DNA of 64,000 bases from Epithemia pelagica (Eukaryota; Protista; Bacillariophyta). Position 1 is the stretch's first letter, and each line of letters starts with the position of its first letter. A program made the position numbers and the translations under genes. Where the stretch lies: contig OX337237.1 in NCBI GenBank assembly GCA_946965045.2, forward strand, positions 3,162,001 to 3,226,000, in the 5' to 3' direction. The notes under the pieces are model-generated. The model saw only the letters and a list, made by a program, of their open reading frames with translations. It was not told the origin of the DNA and did not search any database. Positions 39,220 to 51,261 of this stretch are shown piece by piece.

Positions 39220-39803
39220 CAGAGATGGTGTTACAATCCAATGGTACAGGAGAGAGAGGCATGTGGAATAGACGGAGAAACGTATGTCCTATTCTCCCAA
39301 TGAAATCTAGTGAATAGGGAGTATACTCAATGTATAACAGCATGACACAAAAATGCCCGTGTGCAGCATTGTATTACTAGAGTCTCTGAGACCCTCCATG
39401 TAGGGGACCATGTTATGTTTTTATGATAGAGCAATCGCACGTTAAAAGGAAATAGACTAACAGCTCATACTCTAACGTTTCGTAGTAGTGCTTGAAGGAG
39501 ATACATTAACAACTCATACTTTAAGGTTTCGTAGCAGTGCGTGAAGCAGGAGAGCTCGATTGGAAAACACCAAACTTTCTCTCTCTCTCTAACTCTCTCT
39601 TTGTTTGGTGACATCACTTTTGTCGCGTCGACCACAACGTATGTTTCAGGGTCGACCTTTTGTCACTGGTGTGTGTGTTGTTCCTGGGGTGCAGTTTGCA
39701 TCTCGCCACTCTCTCTACTCGTCGAGATGGAGGAACGATACATTGTGTGGCACTGGTGCCACGACGGTGCTCCGATTCGAACATGTCGTCGTCGTCTTCG
39801 TTG

Positions 39804-39834
<31 letters not shown>

Positions 39835-39846
39835 GAGTTTCAAACC

Positions 39847-41634
39847 CTACACCGTCCTTCTTGCCCTTGTCGTTTGGGTGCGTGGCGGTGATGGTGTCGT
39901 TTGTGTCGTCGTTGCTGCCAAGGGAAACAAGACATGGTAGACATAATCGTGCGCAATCTCGGCTCCAAAGTGTTGGGTCAAGAGTGCCTGGGCAGGATCT
40001 CGTTCGGCCGAATAGGTATCGTAGGCCACGTGTCGATCCCAGGCCGTTTGGACATTGCGAACCCAACAATCGTCCTCGTCATGTGGTTCTTGTTGCTGCG
40101 AATGCGGCAAGTCCGTGTTGTCGTTCTTGTGTGTTTGGCAGGAATGCGGGTCCTTGGAATGATGATTGCGGGAGGAGATGGACGAGACTGGCGTTGCAGT
40201 GGTAGCAGCAGCCTTGGCATATTGTTTGGTAAAGTCGAGATAGGTTTGCAAATACTGGGCATGGGCTGGAAAAAAGGTTTGGTACACTGGGTCGTCCTGG
40301 TCCTTGTCGTCATCCTTTGGATTGGTCGTGCTGCTGCTGCTGCTGCTGCTGCTTTCGGGTGATGGTGGACCACGGTCAAAGCGTCCCAAGAGCAATTGGG
40401 AGGAAAACAATTGTTCGGGGGACGTGTCGCGCGTGGAATTGTAAAATCGACGTGACATGGGTTGTTGCAAGGAGGGATAAGAGTGACGAATGGACGACAA
40501 GGACGTGTCGTACAATTCCTGGAGCAGCTGTTCTTGCAAGGAAGCATGAAAAGGTTCGTTGTCGTCGTTCTCCTTCTTGTGGTGGTTCTTCTTGTGGTTG
40601 TTGTTGGTGGAATGATGCAAGGGTTGGACATCCATGATGCACACTTGTTTGCGATTGGCAAATTGCAACAAGTCCACCCCCAAGAGCGGTGCGGGAGGCG
40701 TTGAATGTGTGTGAGAAGCGGCATGTTTGGGATGGGGATACCAGACCGAGGTAAAGACTTGCAGGTCGTCCCCACCATCCACCAGAGTATACCGAATGCG
40801 TCGAAATTCCCGACTCGAAACGACCAAGGTGTGCATGCGCAACACTCGGACGGTACCACTCTTGTTCTTGTTGTTCTTGGAGGAGGAGGATTCCAAATAG
40901 GCCAAGTTGCGACCCGTGACGGGAGACACGACCGATTCCACTTGCACATTGGTCAAGTGCTGCTCCAACACGTTGAAAATGTGATGCTTCCAAAAGGGTA
41001 TGAACAAGACGGAGGAGGAGGATTGCCACGGCATGCCCTGCAAGGCTGCTTGTCCCTGTGGTGATTCCAAAAAGGAGGGAACCCTGGTGTTGTGGGAGGA
41101 AGAGGAAGAATTGGCCCTTGTGATGGTCGAAGGAGTATGGGGAGGAAGGACCAAGGTTGTTGGAATACGGTCCAACAATGGCAGTTTCGGCGGTCGAATG
41201 GTGTTGTCATTGTTGTTGCTGCTCCCAGTCGTCGTGGCGTTGTGAGGATTCTGGGTCTTGGAGGAGGAAAACCATGTGCAAAGGGGCGGCGACGGTACCA
41301 GCAATGGCCGACGACCATTACGAGCGGGCCCACCATACACGTCGTCTTCGACATCCATGCGGAGGCGAGCTTGGCTTGTCGTGGTGCTTGTCTTCTGGAA
41401 AGATCCAGAAGAAGAAGGGACAAACGTGCTCTTGGTGCGGGTCCAGGACGACGAAAACGACGACGACCTGGGGGGCGACACGGCGACAAGCGCGTGACCG
41501 TGGTCGCCCAACAGCAGCAGGAGCAGCAGGAGCAACTGGCACGAGACCGACACCAGGACCCGAGAAGGACGCGTGTAGTGCCGGCGACGCGACGCCGCAG
41601 ACACAGAACAAGAGCCTGGAGGATTCGTCTTCAT
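39847..41634 (-). CDS. pebA: Ferredoxin-dependent bilin reductase, PebA-like (15,16-dihydrobiliverdin:ferredoxin oxidoreductase), with a targeting presequence (595 aa)
   Basis: FRRIRYTLVDGG..LQVFTSVWYP, LLGVDLL, DVQPL, RFY...FS.QLL.GRF and YDTYSAERDPA...L..HFG...A.DYVY.VLFPL. N-terminal hydrophobic signal and S/T-rich extension. Confidence 0.8.
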   Translation of the reverse strand: MKTNPPGSCSVSAASRRRHYTRPSRVLVSVSCQLLLLLLLLLGDHGHALVAVSPPRSSSFSSSWTRTKSTFVPSSSGSFQKTSTTTSQARLRMDVEDDVYGGPARNGRRPLLVPSPPLCTWFSSSKTQNPHNATTTGSSNNNDNTIRPPKLPLLDRIPTTLVLPPHTPSTITRANSSSSSHNTRVPSFLESPQGQAALQGMPWQSSSSVLFIPFWKHHIFNVLEQHLTNVQVESVVSPVTGRNLAYLESSSSKNNKNKSGTVRVLRMHTLVVSSREFRRIRYTLVDGGDDLQVFTSVWYPHPKHAASHTHSTPPAPLLGVDLLQFANRKQVCIMDVQPLHHSTNNNHKKNHHKKENDDNEPFHASLQEQLLQELYDTSLSSIRHSYPSLQQPMSRRFYNSTRDTSPEQLFSSQLLLGRFDRGPPSPESSSSSSSSTTNPKDDDKDQDDPVYQTFFPAHAQYLQTYLDFTKQYAKAAATTATPVSSISSRNHHSKDPHSCQTHKNDNTDLPHSQQQEPHDEDDCWVRNVQTAWDRHVAYDTYSAERDPAQALLTQHFGAEIAHDYVYHVLFPLAATTTQTTPSPPRTQTTRARRTV

Positions 41635-43270
41635 GGGGTGGACAAGGTACTAATAGAATGGTTTGTTTGTGTTTTGTTCGTCGTCGTCAATGGACCAATC
41701 TCGCTGAATGAGACTCTCTCTTTGGTTTTGTTGTTGTGGCCTTAATCGTTTCAAATGGACCAACGCAAACAATGAAAATGCTGTAGCCAGAGACTCTCAA
41801 TATGCTTCCTGAGCCGAAAAAGTTACTGGATGGTTTGTCGTGCTTTTGGACCTTGGGCGTCTGTGGGCGATGATTCGGAACTTCCCAGGCAGAAAAAAGT
41901 GTCAATGGTCTGTGATGACTCTGTGACCGGAACATCTGTCACGACGACCCCCATGAATGTCGATCGCTCGCTAGTCGCGAGTGATTCGGAAAGCTAGGTA
42001 GTACGCCTAGAGCTAGCTCTAGTAGCTAGAGGCATAGAGCCTACCTGATCGAGGTAGACTACTCCGACTTACCCGGCTTATTTCTCTCTGGAGTCGGCCG
42101 CAACGGATGTCGTTGTGGGACGCCGGCATTCTTGAGTCTTAGAACAAAGGGCCGTACGATCTTTCCCACCAACCCATTGGTGGGAGGAAAAAGCTGTTCG
42201 TACCGCCACGCAACAGACACATGCACGGGCCGTATGTATTGGTGGTTCAAGTCTGGCGGGCGCGCACGGCGTGCGCATCCCGTCCGACCGCGGATGGGTC
42301 CACGTACACTACTTCATACAATTCGTACACCACAACTCAAACATGGATGCGAAAAAAATGATCCGTTGTTCCAACAAAAAATCCATGTGCCGCCGATTTT
42401 TCCCCAACCACCAAAACAACAAACAAAAACAATAAAGGCGCATCTTCCAATGGGGATAGATGCTGCGTCGTCACTTTTTGAGACTGCGACAACCACCACA
42501 AGAAGAAGCCAACCAAAGGCACATACAATTCAAGAAAGAGTAGAGAAGCCAAACCAAGCCAACAACATCGACAACAAGAATATCTTTGGAACCATATCAT
42601 CATCCTCATCTTGCTGCTTCCATGAGTCATTACTCCAGAATCATCTGAGTCCTCGCGCCGTTCCATTCTTGTTGCAGCAGTCATTCCAGCAACCACGGAA
42701 TACCTCTCTTCTCCCTACTACGTTGTGAGATTGGAAGGACGGCCCATTGTTGTGAAACCAACAACAACAAGAAATACATTCCTCGTTCGGATACAACAGA
42801 GAGAGAGAACGACCACACCAATCCGCGAACCAAGTAGGAGAAACTCTCGTGTATCACAACAACACGGAAGGGAGTTTCTGCCTGCAGATACTCGAGCTGT
42901 ATAGAGCTTTGCTGGAAGACACGAGAGCCGTGTGGTGGTGGTGGTGAAGCGAGGCACCTCGATCGAGAGAGAGAGAGAAAAAAAAAGAAAACGGAGCACA
43001 AGCGATACTCTACGCCTGTTGTGGTGAATCGTTTTCGAGCTACCCACTCTCTATAAAATTACCGAGGCATTGGTACCTCTAGAGTGCTACGATTCGAAGA
43101 AGACCGAGTGACTTAAGGAGAAAGCAAACCAAGAAACCACACCAGAGGGGGAAAACAGCAACCGCAACCATCACAAGCGTACTACAGTATCGGGAAAGAC
43201 AACACCACAGACTCCTGGATTGTGTGAACCGATCATAAATCAAAACTCGGACACCCCACAGTCAAGAAGA

Positions 43271-46200
43271 ATGGTGCAACTCGGTCCACGGTCCCGTTCC
43301 ACTCGACTCCGACACGAGGAGGATCGTCCTACTAGTTCTTGCGTGTCGTCGTTGTCGTTGGAACAACACACGAATCGGACGACTCGCACCAAGAGTCCGG
43401 CTTATACCAATCATGCCAAGAACCATCGTGGTCGTTGGTCGTCGCCACGATCCCTGGGGTCGCCGCCAATCACCACAAAGGAAGAATTGCGCACGGAAAC
43501 GCCCCTGACGGCCAGTACCTCGGATTCCTGGACCTTGGGATCCTCGTCCTTGGTGTCGACCGGGTCTGGTTCGGTGTGGAACAATCTTCCCCTCGGAAGC
43601 AGTAGCAGCATGTCCATGACCGCACCGGCCGCGTCTGCCTCGTCTTCTTCCTCGTGGTGGTCCCCCCAGCACATGCAACGACAAAATCGACGCATTTTAG
43701 AAGGCTCTCACGTCTATCTCGACGAGGATGACGATGATGATCCAGACGATGTGGAGGAGGAATTGGACCCGGAGGACCACAACGAGCACCACATGGAACG
43801 AGACGAGGAGGAACGGATTCCCAGTCCCACGGCCTTGATTCCGTCCCTCTTGTCCTATTCGCATCCTCGGAGGACCAGACACTTGCCATCAGTTCCACGA
43901 CCCTCGTCCTCGAGTCCCCCTAAACAACGGAGACCCAAACGACGAGGAGAATGTCCCGAACCGGACGACACTGACACCAATGAGTTGCGCTATCATCGGA
44001 GTTGCAGTCCGGAACAACGTCGACGTGTGGCGCAGGCCCGACGAACCCGAGTGCAATCCGGACAGGCATGTTTGAGATTGGAATTTCGGCCGCAACCCTG
44101 GGTGGTCAGTCAACGTCCATCCACAACGAGCAAGGACAAGGACGAACCGTATTCAATTCCCAAAGAGGACACCCATTATAGAAACAGCAACAGCAACAAG
44201 CATGTGGTCCATTCTCATTGGGCACCACAGCAACAACAACACGACAAAAACGAAGAAGAAGAAGAAGAAGACTCGTTGCAATTGGTCTTGAATCCGACAC
44301 GCTCCTCGTCGTCCTTGTCGCATTCGTTGCTGGCACCCTCCCCCGAATTGGTGGTCTCCTCTCCAGTTTCCCTCTCCAACCACCACAAGAGTACACAAAA
44401 CCATGACGACAAGCTCAGCGAACGAGTCGTTGCACCCAACGACCGTACCAGTCGTCGTTTCACACACCATCCGCAAGATGACCGGCACCACCAATCATCA
44501 TCATCATCGTTACGTGTGGATACGTCACCCACGCCGCAACCCACTGCAGCAGCAGCAGCAGCAAGAAGGAATGGATCCTCCAGCACGAAACCCATTTCAC
44601 GGGATCCCGTCCTCTACACGAAGAACCACCACAATCACAAGGCACGCACGAAAAGTCCCGATCCTCCTCCATCCCAACAGCAAGTAGTGGCGGTGCCGCC
44701 ACCTTCCAATCCAGCCGAGCCTCGGCCCGTGCCACTACAACGAACCGAACAAGAAGCTGAACAAGAAAAGGGTTCCGACAAAACGATACTCCCCACTCCC
44801 AAACGATTGTTTTCGTACCGACGAAGGGCGAAACGAGAACGGGTGCAACAACGAAAAAGCTCTCGCAAGGACAACCATCGCCACTACAAAACTGCAAGCA
44901 CCCACCCACCTAATACGACGGACGATACCACCATCAACGACACCAACGGCAAGACGAAACGTCACCGCAAGACGAGCGTGACACGACATTCTCGCCGACG
45001 GAGTCGGAGTAGTACGCGAAGCGATACCAATCCACAGGATGGTACCACGACCATTACCACTCGTACCATTACCACCTTGACCACGACGACCACCACCACG
45101 ACCAGCACACGCACGTCGGAAGAACCGAATCCTACCATCACCACCACACCAACAACAGGCGCTGATGGTCTCCCTGGTCCTAATGCCGTACCAAACAACA
45201 ACAAGGAGACTTCTTTGAACCAACGAGGAGCAGGATCGCGGCGTTTCTTATGGTCCAGTCCCACAGAGAGTGCCAGTGAGGATGAGACTCGTCGTGGACG
45301 TTCCTTGAGTACGAACGGCACGGGGGCCTATAAGACGCGGTTGGAGCACCGACGCAAAGTGCTCGCACGGCAACAACAGCTGTGCGATGGACCACATGAC
45401 GACAAAGCCGAGATGGACGACGACAACAACAAGAATAGCAGCCTGAACAACACGACACTGGATAGCACCATCTCGTCCACCTCGGAATGTCCCTCGGATG
45501 AGCATCCTCATACTGATGTCTCATCGTTTTCTTCCTGGGAACCGGACCACCATCATCCTATGCAAAAAACGACCACCCCAAGTCATGCGGACAAGACTGT
45601 GACCCCCATCCGCTCAAGATCCCACATGTCATTGGACAATGATCCTTCCAAAGGAACGTCCGACGACACGAATGTCTCGTTGAACATTCCTGCACTTGCA
45701 GCAGCAGCAACTGGCGACCGTACGTCGAATTTGTTTGCCTCGGCGTGGACCATTAAAGCTGCTCCCGCCGCAACCATTGAATTCAGTGAAGACGACGAGG
45801 ATCTCAGGCCCGCTCCAGACGACCATGAAGCAGCAAATGGTAAAAACTCGGAGGATATCTCGGTTTGGCTAGATTCTTCCTATGAAGAAGACAATCCAAT
45901 CCAAATCTCTAGCAGTGGAGTACAGGAGGAGGAGAACAAGGCTAACAGTTTTCAAGACTGTCATCGTATTCAAGTCACCACGCAAAAACCCGTTGTACGC
46001 CCCAATCTGCCGGGTGCCAATTTATCCACAGATTCAACACCCAAACATGCAACCAAGACAGACGCAGATTCGAAACCCAAGGATGATACCCAGAAGGAAG
46101 AAGAAAACTCGACGTATGGAGCTGGATGTTACAAGGACACCAAGGAGTCCACTGTTCCATTTTGGCCGGTCCTCGATATTTCAACCATGTCGCTCGCTCA

Positions 46201-48082
46201 GCCAGGTTCTTCTTCTCAATCACCCCCAGGCACCACCCTCGGTGTCAACACTGACCAGGTAATGTCCTGTTTTGCCTTGAAAAACAATGGCGAAGACGAG
46301 GACGACGATGAAATTGTTCATCACAATTATCATCCAAACGAGTCTCAGAAACGAGCCGTGTTGGAATCCCCTACCAAACAAAGTCGCACGGATGCTTCCA
46401 CGGGCTCTTCGCCAGTCTCACCATCCAATCGATCCAAATTGGATCATTATATAAAAGAACAAGCCAACGTCGATCCAATTCAAGAACTCATTGAAAAGGT
46501 GGAAGACGATGCCTCATCCGCGGAAAGCACGACAGTGACTAGCAACACAACCGATCACTCAACCAGTGTCGCGCCCATGTATGACCGACGGCGAGACCGA
46601 AGACGAAAACGGCTGGAACGACAGCGACATGAACAGCAACAAAAGAAACATCCTCTGGAGAAGAGTAGATCCATGAGCTCGATTCATTCGTGTGGATCTG
46701 TGCATACGGCAGCATCCTCTATGATAACCTTCATGTCACCGGAACGACAAACACTCACTGTCGTGTCCTCTCCACAACGGCACAAGGACGAAGAGAGCCA
46801 GTTTGTCATAATGGAAGATGACGATGAAGAAGACGACGACGGTGGTGGAGCAACAACTTGTTCGGATGATGACTCCATTGCCTCATCGACTCGGGCTGCC
46901 GCTCCGTATCCGTGTTCGGCGCCACAACTGGACCCGGACAGTACTTCTACTCAGAACCGCCATGCTCAAGAAACACACGATTCGATGGATCCTATTTCGG
47001 CAGCCATTTGTGCGCCGGACTCTCCCTTGACACCCAAACGAAATCGCTTTTCGTGGCTGTCCTTGGCCAAACGACTCACAGCATGTTCTGTGGGGCCAAC
47101 CTGGTCCTCTTCGCTCTCGTATTATTGCTCCGATCCTACGTCCGAAGGTTCTCCGCCGACAACCATGTCACCACCAAAGGCTACATTGGCAACTCCACTG
47201 CCTCCTCCGCCACTACCAGCCGCACCACAGGTCACGGAACAGCATCGTGATAACAAGACCAAGAATCGAGATCTCATGGATACCAACAACAACAAGAACC
47301 GAAAGAAACTGACGTTGGACGAACGAAACAAATCCACACCCAATCACAAGAAACGCAATCTCTTGACTGGTTTGGGGGCACGTCGTCGACGCCAGCGACA
47401 ACAACAACAACAACAAAAGCAGCAGCGATTGCAAGCTATTACGGTCGTGACGCCACCACCGACTCCTCCACGATCTTTTGGGTCTGTTCCGGTCGCCCTG
47501 GAATCGCCCACACCCTCGTATGGCAAACCCCCTCGTCCGGGTCGAAGTGTGGGTGGAACGTGGATGATGAAAAAGAAACGTTCGTCGTCCACTCTTGCTA
47601 CGACAGCCCAATCTCCTCCGCGTGCTGCTCTGGTCCGGTCCCGTCGTCCAAACGATACGACGACCACCAACGTTCCACTGTTGCAGTCGGCTTCGTCCCT
47701 GTCCTCGTCGTCCTCCACACGACCAGTACGGTTTCCCCACAAATCACATCCTCCGGCACTGGGCTTGTATCAATCTCTTTCGAGTGGCAGCGACAATGAG
47801 AGCAGTAGCAGTAGTAGCTGTTGTGCAAGTGACAAGGATGGGGAACGAAATTCCACCTTGGACGACTATACCTTGTCTCATATTCGAGGCATGAAGAAGC
47901 AGCAGCAAGAAAAGAAACGGCACAAGGAAACGATTGATGGTCCATCGTCGTTATCATCCTCCACACCACCGTGGTTGACTACTTTTCCGACTCGAAGTAG
48001 CAGTAACAGCAATTGGCGGAGCAGTTTGGGTGGCACTCACCGGATTCCACACCATCCAGGGTTTCGAGGAATGGATCCCTAA
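43271..48082 (+). CDS. Large intrinsically disordered hypothetical protein (about 1600 aa)
   Basis: 4.8-kb open frame, S/T/P/D/R-rich, with many SP/TP sites. No folded domain recognised; the start codon is uncertain (ATG at 43271). Confidence 0.75.
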   Translation: MVQLGPRSRSTRLRHEEDRPTSSCVSSLSLEQHTNRTTRTKSPAYTNHAKNHRGRWSSPRSLGSPPITTKEELRTETPLTASTSDSWTLGSSSLVSTGSGSVWNNLPLGSSSSMSMTAPAASASSSSSWWSPQHMQRQNRRILEGSHVYLDEDDDDDPDDVEEELDPEDHNEHHMERDEEERIPSPTALIPSLLSYSHPRRTRHLPSVPRPSSSSPPKQRRPKRRGECPEPDDTDTNELRYHRSCSPEQRRRVAQARRTRVQSGQACLRLEFRPQPWVVSQRPSTTSKDKDEPYSIPKEDTHYRNSNSNKHVVHSHWAPQQQQHDKNEEEEEEDSLQLVLNPTRSSSSLSHSLLAPSPELVVSSPVSLSNHHKSTQNHDDKLSERVVAPNDRTSRRFTHHPQDDRHHQSSSSSLRVDTSPTPQPTAAAAAARRNGSSSTKPISRDPVLYTKNHHNHKARTKSPDPPPSQQQVVAVPPPSNPAEPRPVPLQRTEQEAEQEKGSDKTILPTPKRLFSYRRRAKRERVQQRKSSRKDNHRHYKTASTHPPNTTDDTTINDTNGKTKRHRKTSVTRHSRRRSRSSTRSDTNPQDGTTTITTRTITTLTTTTTTTTSTRTSEEPNPTITTTPTTGADGLPGPNAVPNNNKETSLNQRGAGSRRFLWSSPTESASEDETRRGRSLSTNGTGAYKTRLEHRRKVLARQQQLCDGPHDDKAEMDDDNNKNSSLNNTTLDSTISSTSECPSDEHPHTDVSSFSSWEPDHHHPMQKTTTPSHADKTVTPIRSRSHMSLDNDPSKGTSDDTNVSLNIPALAAAATGDRTSNLFASAWTIKAAPAATIEFSEDDEDLRPAPDDHEAANGKNSEDISVWLDSSYEEDNPIQISSSGVQEEENKANSFQDCHRIQVTTQKPVVRPNLPGANLSTDSTPKHATKTDADSKPKDDTQKEEENSTYGAGCYKDTKESTVPFWPVLDISTMSLAQPGSSSQSPPGTTLGVNTDQVMSCFALKNNGEDEDDDEIVHHNYHPNESQKRAVLESPTKQSRTDASTGSSPVSPSNRSKLDHYIKEQANVDPIQELIEKVEDDASSAESTTVTSNTTDHSTSVAPMYDRRRDRRRKRLERQRHEQQQKKHPLEKSRSMSSIHSCGSVHTAASSMITFMSPERQTLTVVSSPQRHKDEESQFVIMEDDDEEDDDGGGATTCSDDDSIASSTRAAAPYPCSAPQLDPDSTSTQNRHAQETHDSMDPISAAICAPDSPLTPKRNRFSWLSLAKRLTACSVGPTWSSSLSYYCSDPTSEGSPPTTMSPPKATLATPLPPPPLPAAPQVTEQHRDNKTKNRDLMDTNNNKNRKKLTLDERNKSTPNHKKRNLLTGLGARRRRQRQQQQQQKQQRLQAITVVTPPPTPPRSFGSVPVALESPTPSYGKPPRPGRSVGGTWMMKKKRSSSTLATTAQSPPRAALVRSRRPNDTTTTNVPLLQSASSLSSSSSTRPVRFPHKSHPPALGLYQSLSSGSDNESSSSSSCCASDKDGERNSTLDDYTLSHIRGMKKQQQEKKRHKETIDGPSSLSSSTPPWLTTFPTRSSSNSNWRSSLGGTHRIPHHPGFRGMDP

Positions 48083-48844
48083 TAACGAATAACCTAGTCC
48101 AGAATGACGTGCTCAAAAGTGTGTCATCTTGCCTCTTGCTTTTGCTTCTTCTCTTGCATGAGAGAAATGAGCATCCTGGTAGGATGGAATCTCATAGACC
48201 ACAATGCTCGGGTTGCCGCACTATAGACTGGAGGAACATAGTTGGGTTGTACGTCTCTGTCTGGTAGAGCACCTATTTGAAAAGGGGGGGGAATGATCAT
48301 ATAGCGAAAGAGAAAGAGGGAGTAGAAAAATAGAGACCCCTAAAATTCGAATGACGTAAAAAGGGGCCACAAAACGCCCTCGCATCTCGCATTGACGACG
48401 ACGGAAGACGAAGATCTCGGCACCGACACAACGAGGGTCTGTCTTATTGTCCTATATTAGAGATAGACAGCACAACAGCAAGAGAGATTCTCGACAACAC
48501 AACCATTCTAGAGTGATTGGGGGTCTGGTACGTCTACCATGTGAATGGCTCCTGCGGAGCCATTGAAAAACAACAACAACAACAATGGCAGACACCCAAA
48601 GAGCCTCTTTGGTGCATACGATATACACAGCGACCTGTCCATGTCGTTGTGTTGCAGATCTCGATTTTGTCTGGTGTGCGCATGTGTGTGGAGCCTTTGT
48701 TTTACCTTTTGTTCGTTTTCTCAGCTTGGTTTTCTTGTTTGGCTGGATTTCTTGTGTGGTTGCAGACGAAACCACAACAACAACAAGGTTGAATTATTTT
48801 GTGGATCTTGCTGGAAGGAGTATTTATAGTGCTAGAGTACTACA

Positions 48845-50782
48845 ATGGGCTTGTTTGCCACTTTGCAATCGACACCCTTGGTCCAAGGAAGCAATAACGA
48901 CACGACCAAATCCACCGACAATACCAATAACAAGAGTCGGTCGTTGCACGTCCCCACCGTGGTCCAATTGTTTGCTACTCCCGCACCCTTGCAATGGACG
49001 ACCCATGAAACCACAACCACTGTGGCTCCTCCCTGGGCTTGTGTCTCGTATCAAACGGTATCCACCAGCAATAACAATCCTAGCAGCCGGACAAACACTG
49101 CCAAGACATCTACTTCAAGTAGTACGGGCAGCAGTGACGATTTGGCCGTTTGGAATGTCCGCGTCTTGACTGAGGATCGTACCACAACCCAAAGCTTGAC
49201 GGAAACCGTCTTTGGGCAACTCCACAAGAATCACCATCCCAACAAGTTTTGTTTTACCATCGACTTGTCATCGTCACCGGCCTCCACCTTTGCCGAGGTG
49301 GAACCCAAGGTGACACAATTGCAAGAAACATTGGTGCGATTTCTCATTACCACGAGCAATCGTAGTACTAGTAGTACGACGACGACGAGTACCGAGGACG
49401 CTGGCAGCAGCCACCAAGAGTCGACCAATGACAGTACGACGACTACCACCAATACCAAGACGGACCAGGTCAATGAAACCACCACCTTGTATCAATTGCG
49501 TACCGTGCAATTTGGCATGGCGCCCGAAGGCACTGCTACAACGACCACGACGGCCGAAGAATCCGACAAGAAGGTTTCGGTCGCCCTCTTGATTTCCGTC
49601 CTGTTGCCGCCCCAAAAAACAACCAAGGACGATGCCACTAATCCAAAGGATTCCAAACCAGAACAGCAAGACAAGGACACTGGAGACGACAAGGAGGAAG
49701 ATGACGACGACGACGATGAAGATTATCAAGCCAAACAAACGAGGGCCTTACTCTTGTATCATTTGCGTCGCTATGCCATGTTGTTGAATTGTGCCTTGCT
49801 CTTTGTCGATACAAGCCGTACCTGGACCGATCCGGACGATGCCGCGGCCGTCATGAGTTCCATGGCTCACACCAAGAATGGCTTGCCCCCCACCCTGTCC
49901 TTGTCTCAAACGGTGCTCTTGTGGAGAGCCTTTGCGCTCGGACAAGCCATTTGGAATGACTATCCCACCATTTTGGAATTACCCATGGCCTCGCCCATTA
50001 TGTTGTTGGAACCCTTGTCGGAACAACCGCCACAACCAACAGAACCACAACCAGAAGGAGGAGGAGAAGACAATGACAAGGAGGCGTCGACTACCGAAGA
50101 TGCTGCCACGGCCGCCGCTAGTACTACTACAACAACAACCACGCCATTGGTCTTTGGACCCGGTTCCTATCAACAAGACTTGTTGGAATCTGTCTTGTTG
50201 CGCAATGCGCATTATCCTGGACATTGGGATGCCGCCAAGGAACATGTCTGGACGATTTTGCCCCACACGGTCGACACCGACGATCAACCCACCGCCACGC
50301 TTCGCATGCGCCAAATGATGGAACGTACGACGCCCCACACGACGGGGGTACCATCCTCCGCTACTTCTACCGTGGGGGATCAAGGCTGGTTGTTGGAATT
50401 GCAAGAATCGCTCGGTACGACGACCACAATGACACTGTCGGACAGCACGGCCAGTGCGACCACGTCCTCCACACCCGTGGCGGCCACCACACCGGCTCTG
50501 AGCAAGGCCACGACTCCTGCCACACCGGCCACATCCTTGTTGCCGGCCGAATTGCAAAATTTGGCGTCCCCGACCCCGGCCAACAGCAGTACTGCGGCTC
50601 TCTTTCAAACCCCCGAACCCAAAGCACGCACAGGGTCGAAACCAACCAAATCGGAACGGGCCACAACGGGAACCAAAAAAGCCAAGGCCACGCCCGCCAC
50701 AGCCAAACCATCCGCCGCGACGCCCAACACGGCGGGGACCAGTAAGGATACTGCCGACTTTTTTCAAAGTTTGCTCAAATAA
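48845..50782 (+). CDS. Cytoplasmic dynein light intermediate chain-like protein (645 aa)
   Basis: Ordered motifs resembling DLIC: YHLRRYAMLLNCALLFV (cf. HIRKFCLQYGAALIY), FGPGSYQ, DQGWLLELQESL (cf. DQVFLMKLQSLL) and C-terminal ADFFQSLLK (cf. ANFFNSLL). Confidence 0.6.
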   Translation: MGLFATLQSTPLVQGSNNDTTKSTDNTNNKSRSLHVPTVVQLFATPAPLQWTTHETTTTVAPPWACVSYQTVSTSNNNPSSRTNTAKTSTSSSTGSSDDLAVWNVRVLTEDRTTTQSLTETVFGQLHKNHHPNKFCFTIDLSSSPASTFAEVEPKVTQLQETLVRFLITTSNRSTSSTTTTSTEDAGSSHQESTNDSTTTTTNTKTDQVNETTTLYQLRTVQFGMAPEGTATTTTTAEESDKKVSVALLISVLLPPQKTTKDDATNPKDSKPEQQDKDTGDDKEEDDDDDDEDYQAKQTRALLLYHLRRYAMLLNCALLFVDTSRTWTDPDDAAAVMSSMAHTKNGLPPTLSLSQTVLLWRAFALGQAIWNDYPTILELPMASPIMLLEPLSEQPPQPTEPQPEGGGEDNDKEASTTEDAATAAASTTTTTTTPLVFGPGSYQQDLLESVLLRNAHYPGHWDAAKEHVWTILPHTVDTDDQPTATLRMRQMMERTTPHTTGVPSSATSTVGDQGWLLELQESLGTTTTMTLSDSTASATTSSTPVAATTPALSKATTPATPATSLLPAELQNLASPTPANSSTAALFQTPEPKARTGSKPTKSERATTGTKKAKATPATAKPSAATPNTAGTSKDTADFFQSLLK

Positions 50783-51261
50783 AACAAAACGAGGCCACCT
50801 CGCTTCCCAAACGCGTTTTGGGACGACGAAAAAATATCTTGTCAAATGACCATTTCGTAAATCGATAGATTCTATTCTCTCTAGCGACGATCATGTTCAT
50901 TCTACACAGAGACTGGACCACAATCCTCGTGACTGCCTCCAAGCTAACCATTCAATACGACATCGAAATGATTTAGAGATTGACGTGTCTCGCGTCACAT
51001 GTCCGTCCCATTAACACGACCACCACCGCGAAACCGTGTATCGAAATGCACCGTGTAGAGTCTACAAGTATGAATCTATTAGGAATCATGGAGACGCCGA
51101 GCTGCGGCCGATCGTGATACGCTGGTCTTCAACCCTAAGACACTATGGTAAACATAACAATCAAAATTAATTTCGTGATTGTGTTAGGAGTACTAAGTAG
51201 GACTGCCAAGAGTATATAATGCTTCATTACCAGCATGTCATCTCATAAACAAACAGAGTCT

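Noticed and set aside
43220-48082. Numerous antisense and alternate-frame ORFs over long low-complexity genes (here and across the window)
   Set aside because: Shadow ORFs produced by CAA/ACG/TCG-rich codon usage; poly-V/L/C translations with no domain content.
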